A stretch of 64,000 nucleotides of DNA from Schmidtea polychroa (taxonomy: Eukaryota): assembly GCA_044892525.1 (NCBI GenBank), contig CM097885.1:168826001-168890000 (forward strand), read 5' to 3'. Below are positions 45,086 through 56,400 of the stretch, piece by piece. A program made the position numbers and the translations under genes. The notes below the pieces were generated by a model that was not told the origin of the DNA, ran no database searches, and was given only the letters and a program-made list of their open reading frames with translations. The stretch's first letter is position 1. Each line of letters opens with the position of its first letter.

Positions 45086-47300
45086 TTCCCCGCAACTTTG
45101 GTACTGTGTCAAATTGGTAATTGCCAGTCGAGGCTGAGCACGCCAATTGGGTATTACCGATGCCCTGCCACACTATTATATTTGTGTATTTTTTTATTGA
45201 TCCTATATTTGCAAACAGGCACAAACTTATTAACTTTGACCAAGTTATTCTTAAGACTGATATTGAATTAAATAGACTCTTCGGTTAAAAAGCGTGTCCA
45301 ATTAGCCACTTTTGAATTTTTTCATTTATCAAAACAATAATAATTCCACTTTTATGTCCTTACGCCATAATGATAAACCAAAATTTAGACATCTTATTGT
45401 TGGCGTTTAAGTATAAGACAAGCAAAATTAGTCGACAGATTTTTGCTCTTTCAGTCGACGCTCACGATTTTCGAATTCTCGACCAGTGTGCCCATGACAA
45501 CTGCCACGTTGGTACTATACACTGTCGTTGAAAATCAGGGGACAGGTGAGCTACTACCTTGCGACTACTCTCTGCTATATTTTCTAGCGGGTTCTCGACG
45601 GCCGTTAGAAAGTCTTATGTCCAACTAATCGATTTTCCTCATCGTGTCAATATTCGTCATATCAACCACAGTCCTAAAAATTATCCCTTTTACTATGACT
45701 TAAGTCAACTCTCGTTATAAAAACAGAAAAAATTTTATTGCTAAGACACAACAACATTGGTAATCCAAATTATAATAAAAAATACAAGATGTTAGTCATG
45801 ATAGTTCACACACTACCTCGATCGCGTCGCTCAATAGTACATGGATTGGATCGTTCGAAGAGGTCTGGAGCGCTTTACCACCCATTCCGCTTTATGTCGG
45901 CCAGTAAAGAGTCCAACTCAAACTCATTGTATCCCACAGGCGACCTCCGGCTTTCCTTGTACGCTTCTTCGCGTTCCTCACCGCGTTTGATGAGTTTCGC
46001 TTCTTGGGCTTACGCACTGGTGGTCCTTGGGTGGTCACGCTCAAATCTTTAATTGGTGCAGCCACGAAAGACGCACTTGCTTTGGCTGGGTTTGGTACAA
46101 AAGAAGAGGTCCTTAACAAAAAATAACTGGCAAAATAAGATACTGGCAACATCATCTCAGGCATCAGATGATGAGCTGGAACAACGTCGGTTTTTTCCGC
46201 AGCCTTAAGTCCAGATATGTGAGTCTCGAGCTTGAGTGCTGTGTAGACCTGATACAGGACCTGAGAAAGCTCCTTTATCAAAGTCTTTTGGGTCCTGTTT
46301 TCCGTGATCAAACTTTGTGATTGCTTTCCTTCATTTGAGGAGGTATAAACCATGTCCCTCCATGCGGTCGATTTTTGCTTTTAGAAGCCGGACTTTTTTA
46401 TTTAGCATGCCTATGGAACACAGGATACACGGGTTCAAAGGCTGTGATCGACTATATATTATTATCTGTAAATATAATAAAACCTGATTTAATCAAGGTG
46501 AATACGTTCCTTGAAAAATATTAACATTAACTCAAGAAACTGAAGCCAACAGGGCTCGGTTTGGTCAAAATTTTCGTACAGGACATAACAGGGTTTGATA
46601 ATGATGGCAAAAGAAAATTCATCCACCTAATCTTTATTGTTAAAGTGGTGGCGTTCGTGAATTTTGGTCTATTAACGCTATTAATATGTTTAATTTTCTG
46701 GTGGTGATTCTTATGATCAACTTTGCTATTAAGACTATTTTTCTCGGTTCATGTTAGCCACTTGGATTATTGGGATTTTACCATCAATACAGCCGATTTC
46801 GTTAGCACTATTATTACCAATACCCCTATTATTCATATCGTTATTGTTTCCCGTGCTTTTATCAACATTTCTATCGTGATCGCTACCTACTGTTAATTTC
46901 AATACTATCTCCATTACTAGGATTATTACTCTCCTTATATTTATGGTTATTCTTACCCTCCTTATTATTATTATTACCGTTAATATCACTAAATTCTTCC
47001 TAGTTATTATTTTTATCCGCATAATCATCCACCCTAATGTCGGGTTATGAGAAAGATTGAGATTGTCCTGACAAGCATTATTATTTTGATTATTGTAATT
47101 TTTATCATTATTAGTGAAATCATTGCTTCTAACCTAGGAATTATGAGAATGATTAAGATGAGCACCACTATTATTATTAAATTGGTTATTATCATTTTTT
47201 AACATTGTTAGTGTTGGGCTAGAACTGATTTCTAGACCAAAAACTGTATTTTGTGACTGAGGTGTGTTGGTACATAGCACACATACCTTGCCATAAGTTT
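45086..47300 (-). mobile_element. Degraded LTR retrotransposon-like remnant (Asn-rich gag-like segment, post-integrase-like tail, putative LTR 45812-~45086)
   Basis: Relatively GC-rich broken minus-strand frames; one frame ends ...ERRDRGSV* overlapping a purine stretch plus TGTGTG, as in Gypsy pol/LTR junctions; no catalytic RT or integrase motif could be read with certainty. Confidence 0.4.
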
Positions 47301-48659
47301 AATGAAATATAAAGATAAAAAACATCAAATAAAAAATATTAACAAAGAGCAAAACAAAAAAAATATAAACACTGAAATTAAATAAAATGATACAAATGCA
47401 AGAAGTATTACAAGAAAACTAACTCAAATATAACAGAGAAACATAAAAAATTACAAAAACAGACTCGAATAACATAGAAAGATAGAAAAAATAATAAATT
47501 CTAGATGAAATTCCAGAACAGTTCATAAAAATGGCGACACCCATCATAAAAGCCATGTAAATCAACAAAAGTTAGTAAAAATAAACTAATTAGTTTTAAA
47601 AATAAAAATTTGGAAAAAGAATTTAGAAAAAACATTATTAAAATAAAAATTAACTTTAATTTAATATGGAATGTTCTGGAATTGCTCCAAATCCACCATG
47701 GAGGCAACTATAACAAAAAATAATTAAAAAATAAAAATAAAAATTATGGCACTAAAAATTCTATTAAAATCACCAAAAATAGAAAATAAAAAATTCTAGA
47801 ATAAAAAGAATTCGAGTTTGTTTTAATGCATCAATACATACAAGTGTACTTGCACACACAAAAATAGGTATATATACCAATGTATTTCAGTCACAAAAAC
47901 ACTCTTTATGCCAAATTTTTATTTTGTTTTTTGTTATAAACTTATCTCAGAAACTTCGAAGAATAGTAAGATTTTTTGACTTGTATTTGATATATGTGGT
48001 ATTTATGCTTGGCCATAATTTTTGTTTTGCTAATTTTCATTGAATGCAGGAGTGATTAGAGCCGTACAGATTTTTCTGCGCCTCTGATCAGCCCTACATC
48101 CAACCCTATTTAAAAATATTTTTCAACTACAACAAACATTGCAGACACACATTATCGCTATTATATATTTTTTTCTAGTTCGGTAATCGGAGGTCGTCCA
48201 CTTCATAATTCTGCCATGGAGTTATGTCGATAAAATTCCTCCGTTATGGCTCCATCTACTTATTATAGGTCGACAGAGAAATGTTGACCCCATACAACAA
48301 TAAGGCTTGTCGTAGCGGTCACAGTGGGGCCGTGTAAGCAATCACTCTTCCAGACTTTGAATGCAGTACACAGTTAAAATCATCACTAAAACTCTCTACA
48401 ATAGTTCACACTAGGATTATAATTGAGTAGATTTCAGACCCAAATTAAACACAGCATTGCAATTCAGTTAATGTAGTCGGTTAAGTGCCATGAAAAAACC
48501 AACTCTACCTACACGTTTGTCAAACCTCATTGATAAATAAATTTTTCGTAACAGCGTAAAGATCTTTCTCGGAATTAACCGTGATAATAATCATAAAGAA
48601 GTTCGACATGCGTAAATAATAAATTGAATAGACTCAATTAATTATAAACTCCTTAAAGG

Positions 48660-48870
48660 TCAAAATATAACTATGCATCATGGTTAGAATATAGTTTGCA
48701 AATACCCTAAGTCAATCATAAAAAATAATTTCATATTGTACAATATAATTTATAAATACCTAATGTTATCAATCATAAAATATAATTTCATATTGTAGAA
48801 TATAATTTATAAACATCTAATGGTGTCAATTATAAAATATAAATTTATATGGTAGAATAAACTATAATTT
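48660..48870 (+). repeat. 57-bp tandem repeat (~3.5 units)
   Basis: CAAT(C/T)ATAAAA...CATATTGTA(C/G)AATATAATTTATAAA units start at 48713, 48770 and 48827. Confidence 0.85.
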
Positions 48871-48957
48871 TATATTATACGGAAAGTAGAAATTATACAT
48901 TCATATTACTAGACCCATATCATCCCTAAAAGTAAAAATTACAAAGTTATATATATA

Positions 48958-51363
48958 TTAGGGTGGGTCGAAAATTTTTTTTTTCTCCAAACATGCCTAA
49001 AATGTTGTGCTTATGCTAGAAAATGAAATATCCCTGCAAAAGACTGCTGTTTAAAAGGGTTTACAGGTCCCAACTTTTGTTTGTATGTATTAGTACTATC
49101 CCAGTAAAAATGCTCGCACACGTGCCATTGTAAATTCATCCTGCAAGCAGTCACACGCTTGCAGAAAGACCATTTTTGACATGCTCGATTCACAAGTCCA
49201 AGCTAACGCGTGCATGTATAGAGAGGTTAATTCACGGAAGCACCTTCACACAAGCACTCACAAAGACAATTTCTTCTAAACAATACTAACACACACACTA
49301 CAGTCAACACATAATCCACATGGATACTACTAGTCAGTCTAAACTCAGATAATTTAATTTGTTTCGATTGGATGTCAAGTGTTTGCTGGACCTAATTAAA
49401 AAAGTTAACTTGATGATTCACTTTTATTTTGCCAGAGCTGAGTACAGAAGAGCAGTTATGAAGGGACAGAGAAATGAGCAACAGAGACACATGTTTGCTA
49501 GTAAACGCTTTTCTGAAAGATATGGAACTGTTATCCTCTCAAACAATCATCGATCCCGCAAAATTACGGCGTCAGAGAAAGTACTGGAGGGAGAGAGAAA
49601 TCGAACAGCATTCAGCAGAAGCGAAAAACTTGATTTGCCTCGGTTTCGACGGGAAACAAGATTCCATCTTACTTCATAGAAGGATCCTAAAAGAGGAGCA
49701 TTATGTGATTGTCGCCTTTCCAGGGGATACATATATCGATCATGCTGTACCTCAAAGTAGTAAAGCTGTGGATATTGGCAAAGAAATCATGTCAATCATC
49801 GTTAGCACGCAGTCCTCACTGACCATTCAAGCAATTGTGTGCGATGGAACCAATACAAACACCGGAAAAAATAATGGAATAATCATAAGACTCGAAAAAA
49901 GCCTAGGGCGACCTCTACAATGGCTGATATGCTTGTTGCATGCAAATGAATTGCCATTCAGGAAGTATTTTTCAGTCGTCGATGGTGGAGAAACAAAAGG
50001 TCCAAAAACGTCATGTGGTGAAATAGGAAGCGTTCTTGATTTTGATCCAAAAGACAAGCCCTTAGTAGCCTTTATGTCCCTTCCTGGAAAGGTCGTAGAT
50101 ATTAGTGAAAATGTCAAGAAAGAATTGAACACTGATCAATTGTATTTCCTCAGAGTATGCTTGGCAGTCCAGAAAGGGTACCACAACAACAAGGATGTCC
50201 CTTTTCTACAAATGGCACAACCAGGAAATTTGAATCACAGTCGCTGGCTAACGAAAGCTAATAGAATTCTGCGACTATATATGTCCGAAACTGCTCCATC
50301 TGAACCTCTCATGCGAATAGTGAAATTTATTGTCAATTTCTATGGACCGTCATGGTTTTATATAAAGACTCACTCGTCATGCCAAGATGGTGCAAGAAAT
50401 ATTTTTTATATGCTCCAACTTCTGCAGGATTTGGATCCATCAGACCAAGAAATCATCTTTCCTGTCATTCAGAACAACAATTACTTCTCACATCCAGAAA
50501 ATATACTCCTAGCTGCTGTTGGTGATGATGATGAAGAAATCAGAAAGTTTGCAACAGAAAAAATCATAACTGCAAGACAAAATTTTCTCCCTTCCGAAGT
50601 GATTCGCACTACGGACAAGAATACTGTCTTTCTTCAGTCGTCTGCTACATCATATGTTGACATGATTGACTGGACAAAATGTAATTTGACGCCTCCCCCT
50701 CTTTTATCTCATATATTGGATCATGAATTGAAGATGAATAAGAAAATTACATTAGAACAATTTCCCTGTCATTCTCAAGCCGTTGAAAGAGCCATCAAAG
50801 ATGTTTCTTCTGCCAGTTGCAAAGTGTTTGGTCACAAGTCCAGACATGGTATGGTACTACTGTGTAAAAAATCAAGGAAGGAATTGCCCAAGGTGCAAAG
50901 CAAAGCTGATTTCATGTGACTTCTTTTTATGCCCTCGCTAATACATTTCTAAACTTTTGGCTGGATGTTTTTAATAAAAAATAATTTCGAAAGTTGATTT
51001 TTGTCTTTGAAAAGGATGATTCAAATTTGGCCCTTCCTAATCACTGACGTTGTCAGGATATATTTCAATGCGGGATGAGGACACAGAATATACTATCTCA
51101 GCCCAAGAGAGTAAATAATATACTTATAAGCTCTTAAGAAAGCTACATCTAAATATGGACAAAGGCGCAAAACACATTCCGACACTAGCCAAATTACATT
51201 GTTTTCACACTTATGTTGAACTGCATTTTCGGAGAAAAGTTGGGAGCAGTAAATGTCCATAAATCTAAGTAAAATGGTTTGATTCGATTTTTCTATACCA
51301 AAATACAACTTTTTAACCATGTTTCCTTTCTTGAACTCAAAATTTATTAACATTCGACCCACC

Positions 51364-51367
<4 letters not shown>
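48958..51367 (+). mobile_element. 2.4-kb hAT-related (hATm-like) DNA transposon inserted in (TA)n
   Basis: TIRs TTAGGGTGGGTCGAA / TTCGACCCACCCTAA, flanked on both sides by TA repeats. Confidence 0.85.
49474..50919 (+). CDS. DDE transposase, 481-aa open frame (N-terminus probably frameshifted or spliced)
   Basis: GFDG (D1), CDGTNTNTG (D2), WLICLLH (CxxH), SRWLT (RW), HSQAVER (E): hAT-fold catalytic signature. Confidence 0.8.
   Translation: MSNRDTCLLVNAFLKDMELLSSQTIIDPAKLRRQRKYWREREIEQHSAEAKNLICLGFDGKQDSILLHRRILKEEHYVIVAFPGDTYIDHAVPQSSKAVDIGKEIMSIIVSTQSSLTIQAIVCDGTNTNTGKNNGIIIRLEKSLGRPLQWLICLLHANELPFRKYFSVVDGGETKGPKTSCGEIGSVLDFDPKDKPLVAFMSLPGKVVDISENVKKELNTDQLYFLRVCLAVQKGYHNNKDVPFLQMAQPGNLNHSRWLTKANRILRLYMSETAPSEPLMRIVKFIVNFYGPSWFYIKTHSSCQDGARNIFYMLQLLQDLDPSDQEIIFPVIQNNNYFSHPENILLAAVGDDDEEIRKFATEKIITARQNFLPSEVIRTTDKNTVFLQSSATSYVDMIDWTKCNLTPPPLLSHILDHELKMNKKITLEQFPCHSQAVERAIKDVSSASCKVFGHKSRHGMVLLCKKSRKELPKVQSKADFM

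Positions 51368-51432
<65 letters not shown>
51365..51432. repeat. (TA)n microsatellite at the transposon right end
   Basis: Direct observation. Confidence 0.95.
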
Positions 51433-51440
<8 letters not shown>

Positions 51441-52185
51441 CAGTTGAAGATTTCATTAAAACCATTATTGTTATTCTTAGTATAACCATTTTTATTATTT
51501 TCATAATTTTTCCCTAGCCCCCCCCCCCCCCAACTCATGATAACCGCCACTAATTCATAAAAATAAAATGATAAATAAGATTGTTAATTTTGGGATCCCT
51601 TTATTGTCAAACTAAGTTTAGCATATTTTCACTCAATAGAATTCAAGTAATCACTGATACCTAACTTTAGTAACTCCCTCAAGCTAAAATCATCTTCGGG
51701 GACGGGATCGACATTAATAATCTAACATCATGCATAATTATATATATTCATGTGTGTATAAGAGTGGGTATATATGTATAGCTACGTGAATGTAGGTATA
51801 ATTACACCTAGGCATAAGGGCGTAATATATGATTTGGCGTTTTTCGTTATATTTATTACAAAAATAACAACACTTAAACCATAATTGAGTAACAAACAAA
51901 ACTCAATTGAGATAAATAAATATAAAACTAACCCCGAATTTCTAATTAACATGAAATTAACAATTTATAAAATAATAAATTACTTTTCGGTCAAAGTCAA
52001 ACTCGAAATTTGGGAAATTCTGAAACAATTCAGTCACGAAGAACCAGTACTGAAATCTTGGGGTAAAATTCTGAAAATGTGTCTTAGCTCAATAAAAGTA
52101 CTTGAACTTGAATAAATTTGACTTTCTTCACCCTTTTATTGAGTTTCTTGTTTAATAAAATCATCATTAATAGAGTCATCCATAC

Positions 52186-52330
52186 TAGTTGGAAACCTTT
52201 CAAGATAGTATTAATTCCGAAGCCTGACAAGACAAATTATGAAAAAGTTTCATTTTGGCGGCCTACAGGTCTGCTGTCTGTTATCTATAAAGTTTTTCGT
52301 CAATTTTAACTAGACGACTAACATCATTGG
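52186..52330 (+). mobile_element. LINE reverse-transcriptase N-terminal fragment
   Basis: WKPFKIVLIPKPDK...FWRPTGLLSVIYKVF resembles the WKxAxVxxIPKxxK...YRPISLL...K motif. Confidence 0.7.
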
Positions 52331-53040
52331 TGACAAAGCATATACACGCATAATCCTTTTAAAAGAGAACATTCAATTACTATTTCTATCCAAGTCGTTA
52401 AAAAACAAACTTATATTTAACAACAAAATCTCACGAGAATATCATTCTAACAAAAAGGTTCCGTCAATCAATTTCAAATATTTTGCATTCTGCATGATTC
52501 ATATCTTCATAAAGTTGTTATATTTGTTGATGAAGACCCGAAAAATTTAGAGCTTGTTAAAATAGAGTCGGAAATGCAGCATGGAAACCGCACCGTCGAA
52601 TTAAAAACTATGATTATATATCACATAATACAAACTAAGGCACACAACAGACTGAGGATAAATAAAACACGTATAATAAAAATGATAAACACAAGAAGTT
52701 ACAATCACGAATATAATTAGGGGAGAAACAACGCATTCGAAAAATTTGCCAACTCGAATATAAAAGAATAATAAATAAAATAAACAATTATTAATAAATT
52801 AAAAATGATTATTCGATTTAGGGTGTCGCGCCTGTATGCGCAATAGTTATTTGGCTTTTCTGCTAGTTGTGCACACAGGCGCAAGTAGTTGGATGTTTCT
52901 GATTTTTTTAAGTTTCGTTTTCCTGGAATTTTTATGTGTTTTGGAATTTATTTTTGTCATTGTTCAAAAGTCAGTTTTGGAAAGGTTTTTAAAAAATAAA
53001 TTTTTTTAAAAAGTGTCTTATTTTTTTTTGGAATTTAATG

Positions 53041-53411
53041 ATTATGATTGGCATGATGCCAACAGATAGTCATGTTGGTGATGAGGCTCTGTCTAAGAGA
53101 TTTCTGGAGATGGTGTGACATATTATATGTTAATTTATGAAGGTTATGTGTTGGCTTATGTAATTAACACAATAGATTTGAACCTGAGAGATTTGACAAA
53201 TTAATTGATGAAAATACTTTCAAAACGAGGTTTCAGTTTTACAACTACAGCCGAAAGAGAAATTATTCAAGATATTAAAGCAAAACTGTGTTACATTGCT
53301 CTTAATTTGGAACAAGAAATGCAAACTGCTGCTTTTTCATCGTTACATGTTATTACCACTGGAAATGAAAGATTTAGATGTTCAGAAGCTTTGTTCCAGT
53401 CATCATTCTAG
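53041..53411 (+). pseudogene. Degraded, internally deleted actin pseudogene
   Basis: [90 protein letters not shown]; stops and deletions. Confidence 0.9.
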
Positions 53412-56400
53412 AAAGCTTTATATCGGTCAACTGGATAGTACTGTTCGGAATCCGGACGGAATAAGTAAGGACGGACTTGTTCGTTTAAGGTCCGAGCTTT
53501 ATAGACAGACGACCAGTCGAGTAGAAAGCTAAGTAGGCCCTCATGGGTCGATAAAGTGCTGAAAATCCTACACAACCCATCCCAAATGACCGTGTTACGA
53601 GGGTTGCAGGTGTTTTTCAATGTCGGTTAGAAAAAGGCTAAAATCTAAAGCACGAAATGTAACATTTTATAAGATAAAAGACTGTCTTAGAGAGTTAGCA
53701 TTGAGGTTTCGCATTGGTCAAAATAAGAAATAAGGGCAGATGTCTGCTCAAATATTTGGAAGATAACATTGAATAACATCAATTATTTCAGAAAATCTAG
53801 GACAAAATCTTTGAAATAGCAAAATTTTAAGTAATAGTGTAATTGTTGTTACAGTTATGATTATGAATTACAGTGTCCTAGTAATTCGTAAGTGTGGATA
53901 ATGACTGTGTGTGAATGTGTGGTTAGTATGTGTGTTGATGTAATCGATAATTATTAGTTAGCAACTACATCTAATTCCGAAATATAAGAATCTCTATAAT
54001 ACACGTTGGTGTGTACACCAGTGTAGAAGATTCACCATTTAGAGAAAATGAAGTTTTTAACTTTATTTATTCAATTTTATAAATGGTTTTTAAGTAAGTT
54101 TTTTCATGTTAAGTAACTTTTAAGGCTTTAATTTTGATTTAATATAATTATGAGATCATTTTTCAAGCTCTTAAATATTACTTTTAGTCAACATTTGTAT
54201 TATAAATTATTTTTAATTAATTTTCAGGTTTTTTGAGGGTTTTTACGAAATTATTCGGAATTATTTCAATATAATGTAATTCAGATATATTTTTAACTAT
54301 AAATAAATAAAATAACAGCAAAACACAATTCTCATTTCTTCCAAAGATGCATAAAAATTGGATTCTACGAAATCCAACAAATTATTTCCCTGTTCTTCTG
54401 AAATAATTTGTCTTCTGCTACTTCTTTTCCCTTTGGAAATTTTCCATATTTCTATATCTGTAAATTATTGTTTCAATCGATTTTTTGGTGATTTCAAGTA
54501 ATCATCCAAATTCTTTTTAGTTTCAACATTTTCGAAGGCATTAATTAGTCGAATTTTGTCATGTTCTGCAATTCTATAAAAATTTTATTTTTTTAAATAA
54601 GTTATTAAAATTTACGATTTTTAAATATTTTTCTACAAATCAAAGATGTCGAAGGATCTGGTTCAATATTTGAAATTTTACCTTCACAGAAAAGCAGTGT
54701 TTGACAAGAAATATCTTATATACTGTAAAATATTTTAATTATTTGTGATTTAATGAATAAATCTTACACTGTCAGATCTTCACCTTCGCAAAAAGACAGC
54801 GTTTTCAAAAAAATCTGAAAATCTAGAGAAATATTAAATTGAAAATTACTTTATAATTAGATATTACGATGTTTTATCGTCTTTTTCTCTACAGCTCAAA
54901 GTAGAGTTGTCCGATTCTAGATCAAAAAATTATTCCCCCATGATTTTTTATATATTAAAAATAATAATATGTTAACAATATTTTAATTACTTTTAAGTTT
55001 CGGAACAAGATATGCTATAAAAAATTTGCATGTATATTTTATTATGTGTGCTATGTTGTATGTAAAATTATTTTTTTACACCTTTCTCAATCACTTTATA
55101 AAACCTTTTAAGTTTTGAAAAATTAAAATTTTACACACAGGTTTATATGTTCCTATACTATAACCATATTGTTTATTTTAGATTATAGAAACTCTTATAT
55201 TTCGGAATTAGTTGTAGACAATGAATGGACACGAACCCAGAGGTCAAAGGTCAATTACAATACCAGACGCCAAAGGGCAATTATTACACCATAATATATA
55301 GTAATTATGTGCACATAAAATTATGTAAAACATACTCAGAGGTATACTTTATAAATCTTACGTAATATTGCATATCCTGGGATATTTGGCTCGGTTTATA
55401 CATTTGTCACTACTTATAATAAATACTAAATATAATTTTATAATAATGTAAAACCCTGTAAGATAAATGAAATTGTAAATTACCTATCAGATAAGAAAAA
55501 AATTAAAAGATTTGAATGATAATTTATTTATTATTATAATTTTGAGATATTCTAGCTTGAAATGGAATAAAAAAGAGATATAGAAATTTGAAAAAATGTT
55601 TTTTCAAAAATATTAGAATAAAACTTTTATTAAAAGGGAAATAATTGCTTTTTAATTTCTAACGATTGCTTTCTTCATTTTATTAAAGTTTTAATTTCAG
55701 CTATAAAAACAATTTTAAGACAATCAATATTTTCTAGTCTTCATGAAGTTATTTATCTCAGGAGATTTATATTTCTTGAAAAAATAGAATATATTCTCCA
55801 TAAATGAATAAATTTAGAAAATTATCAAAATTCATTTTTAAAATAAAACAGCATTAATTTTTGGAAAAAATTAAAAATTTAATAAGAATAATAATTTTAA
55901 ATTATAACGTATATACTTGAAGTTATTTTTTACGGGGGTTTTAAAATAAATTTTAAATTTAAATAAAATATAAAAGACTAAGGGTATTAAGACAGTTGAT
56001 ATTTTTTATTAGACTCACAAGCATCTCATCCCACCTTCCAACCAACCATCGATTGTCTTCAAACTTATTGGATAGTTTTAAAAAAACTGAATAAAATTGA
56101 GATCAACATCACCATTTTCTAGCTAAACGAAAGACAACCAGAAGCATCAAAGGCGAAAAGCAAACAACTGAATCGACGTCTTCATACACTAGTTCCAACA
56201 TAAAACAAAACAGTATGCATCTTAGTGTTACCCCCTTACAATCTGATAATTTAACTCATTCAAATAAAAAGTAGTTTTTATTAACTTTAAATGCACTTGG
56301 AAAATATTCATTTTAGAAAAAACTTAAATGACAATTATTAAATTAAATATTTTCTGTTTGTTTGAAAGAGCTAAAAATCGGAAAATTAATGTAAATTAAA

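Noticed and set aside
55241-55253. AGGTCA-A-AGGTCA DR1 nuclear receptor site
   Set aside because: Single 13-bp motif with no linked gene.
56040-56220. WD40-like peptide (FAFDASGCLSF...ENGDV) on the minus strand
   Set aside because: Needs frameshifts and is too short to support.
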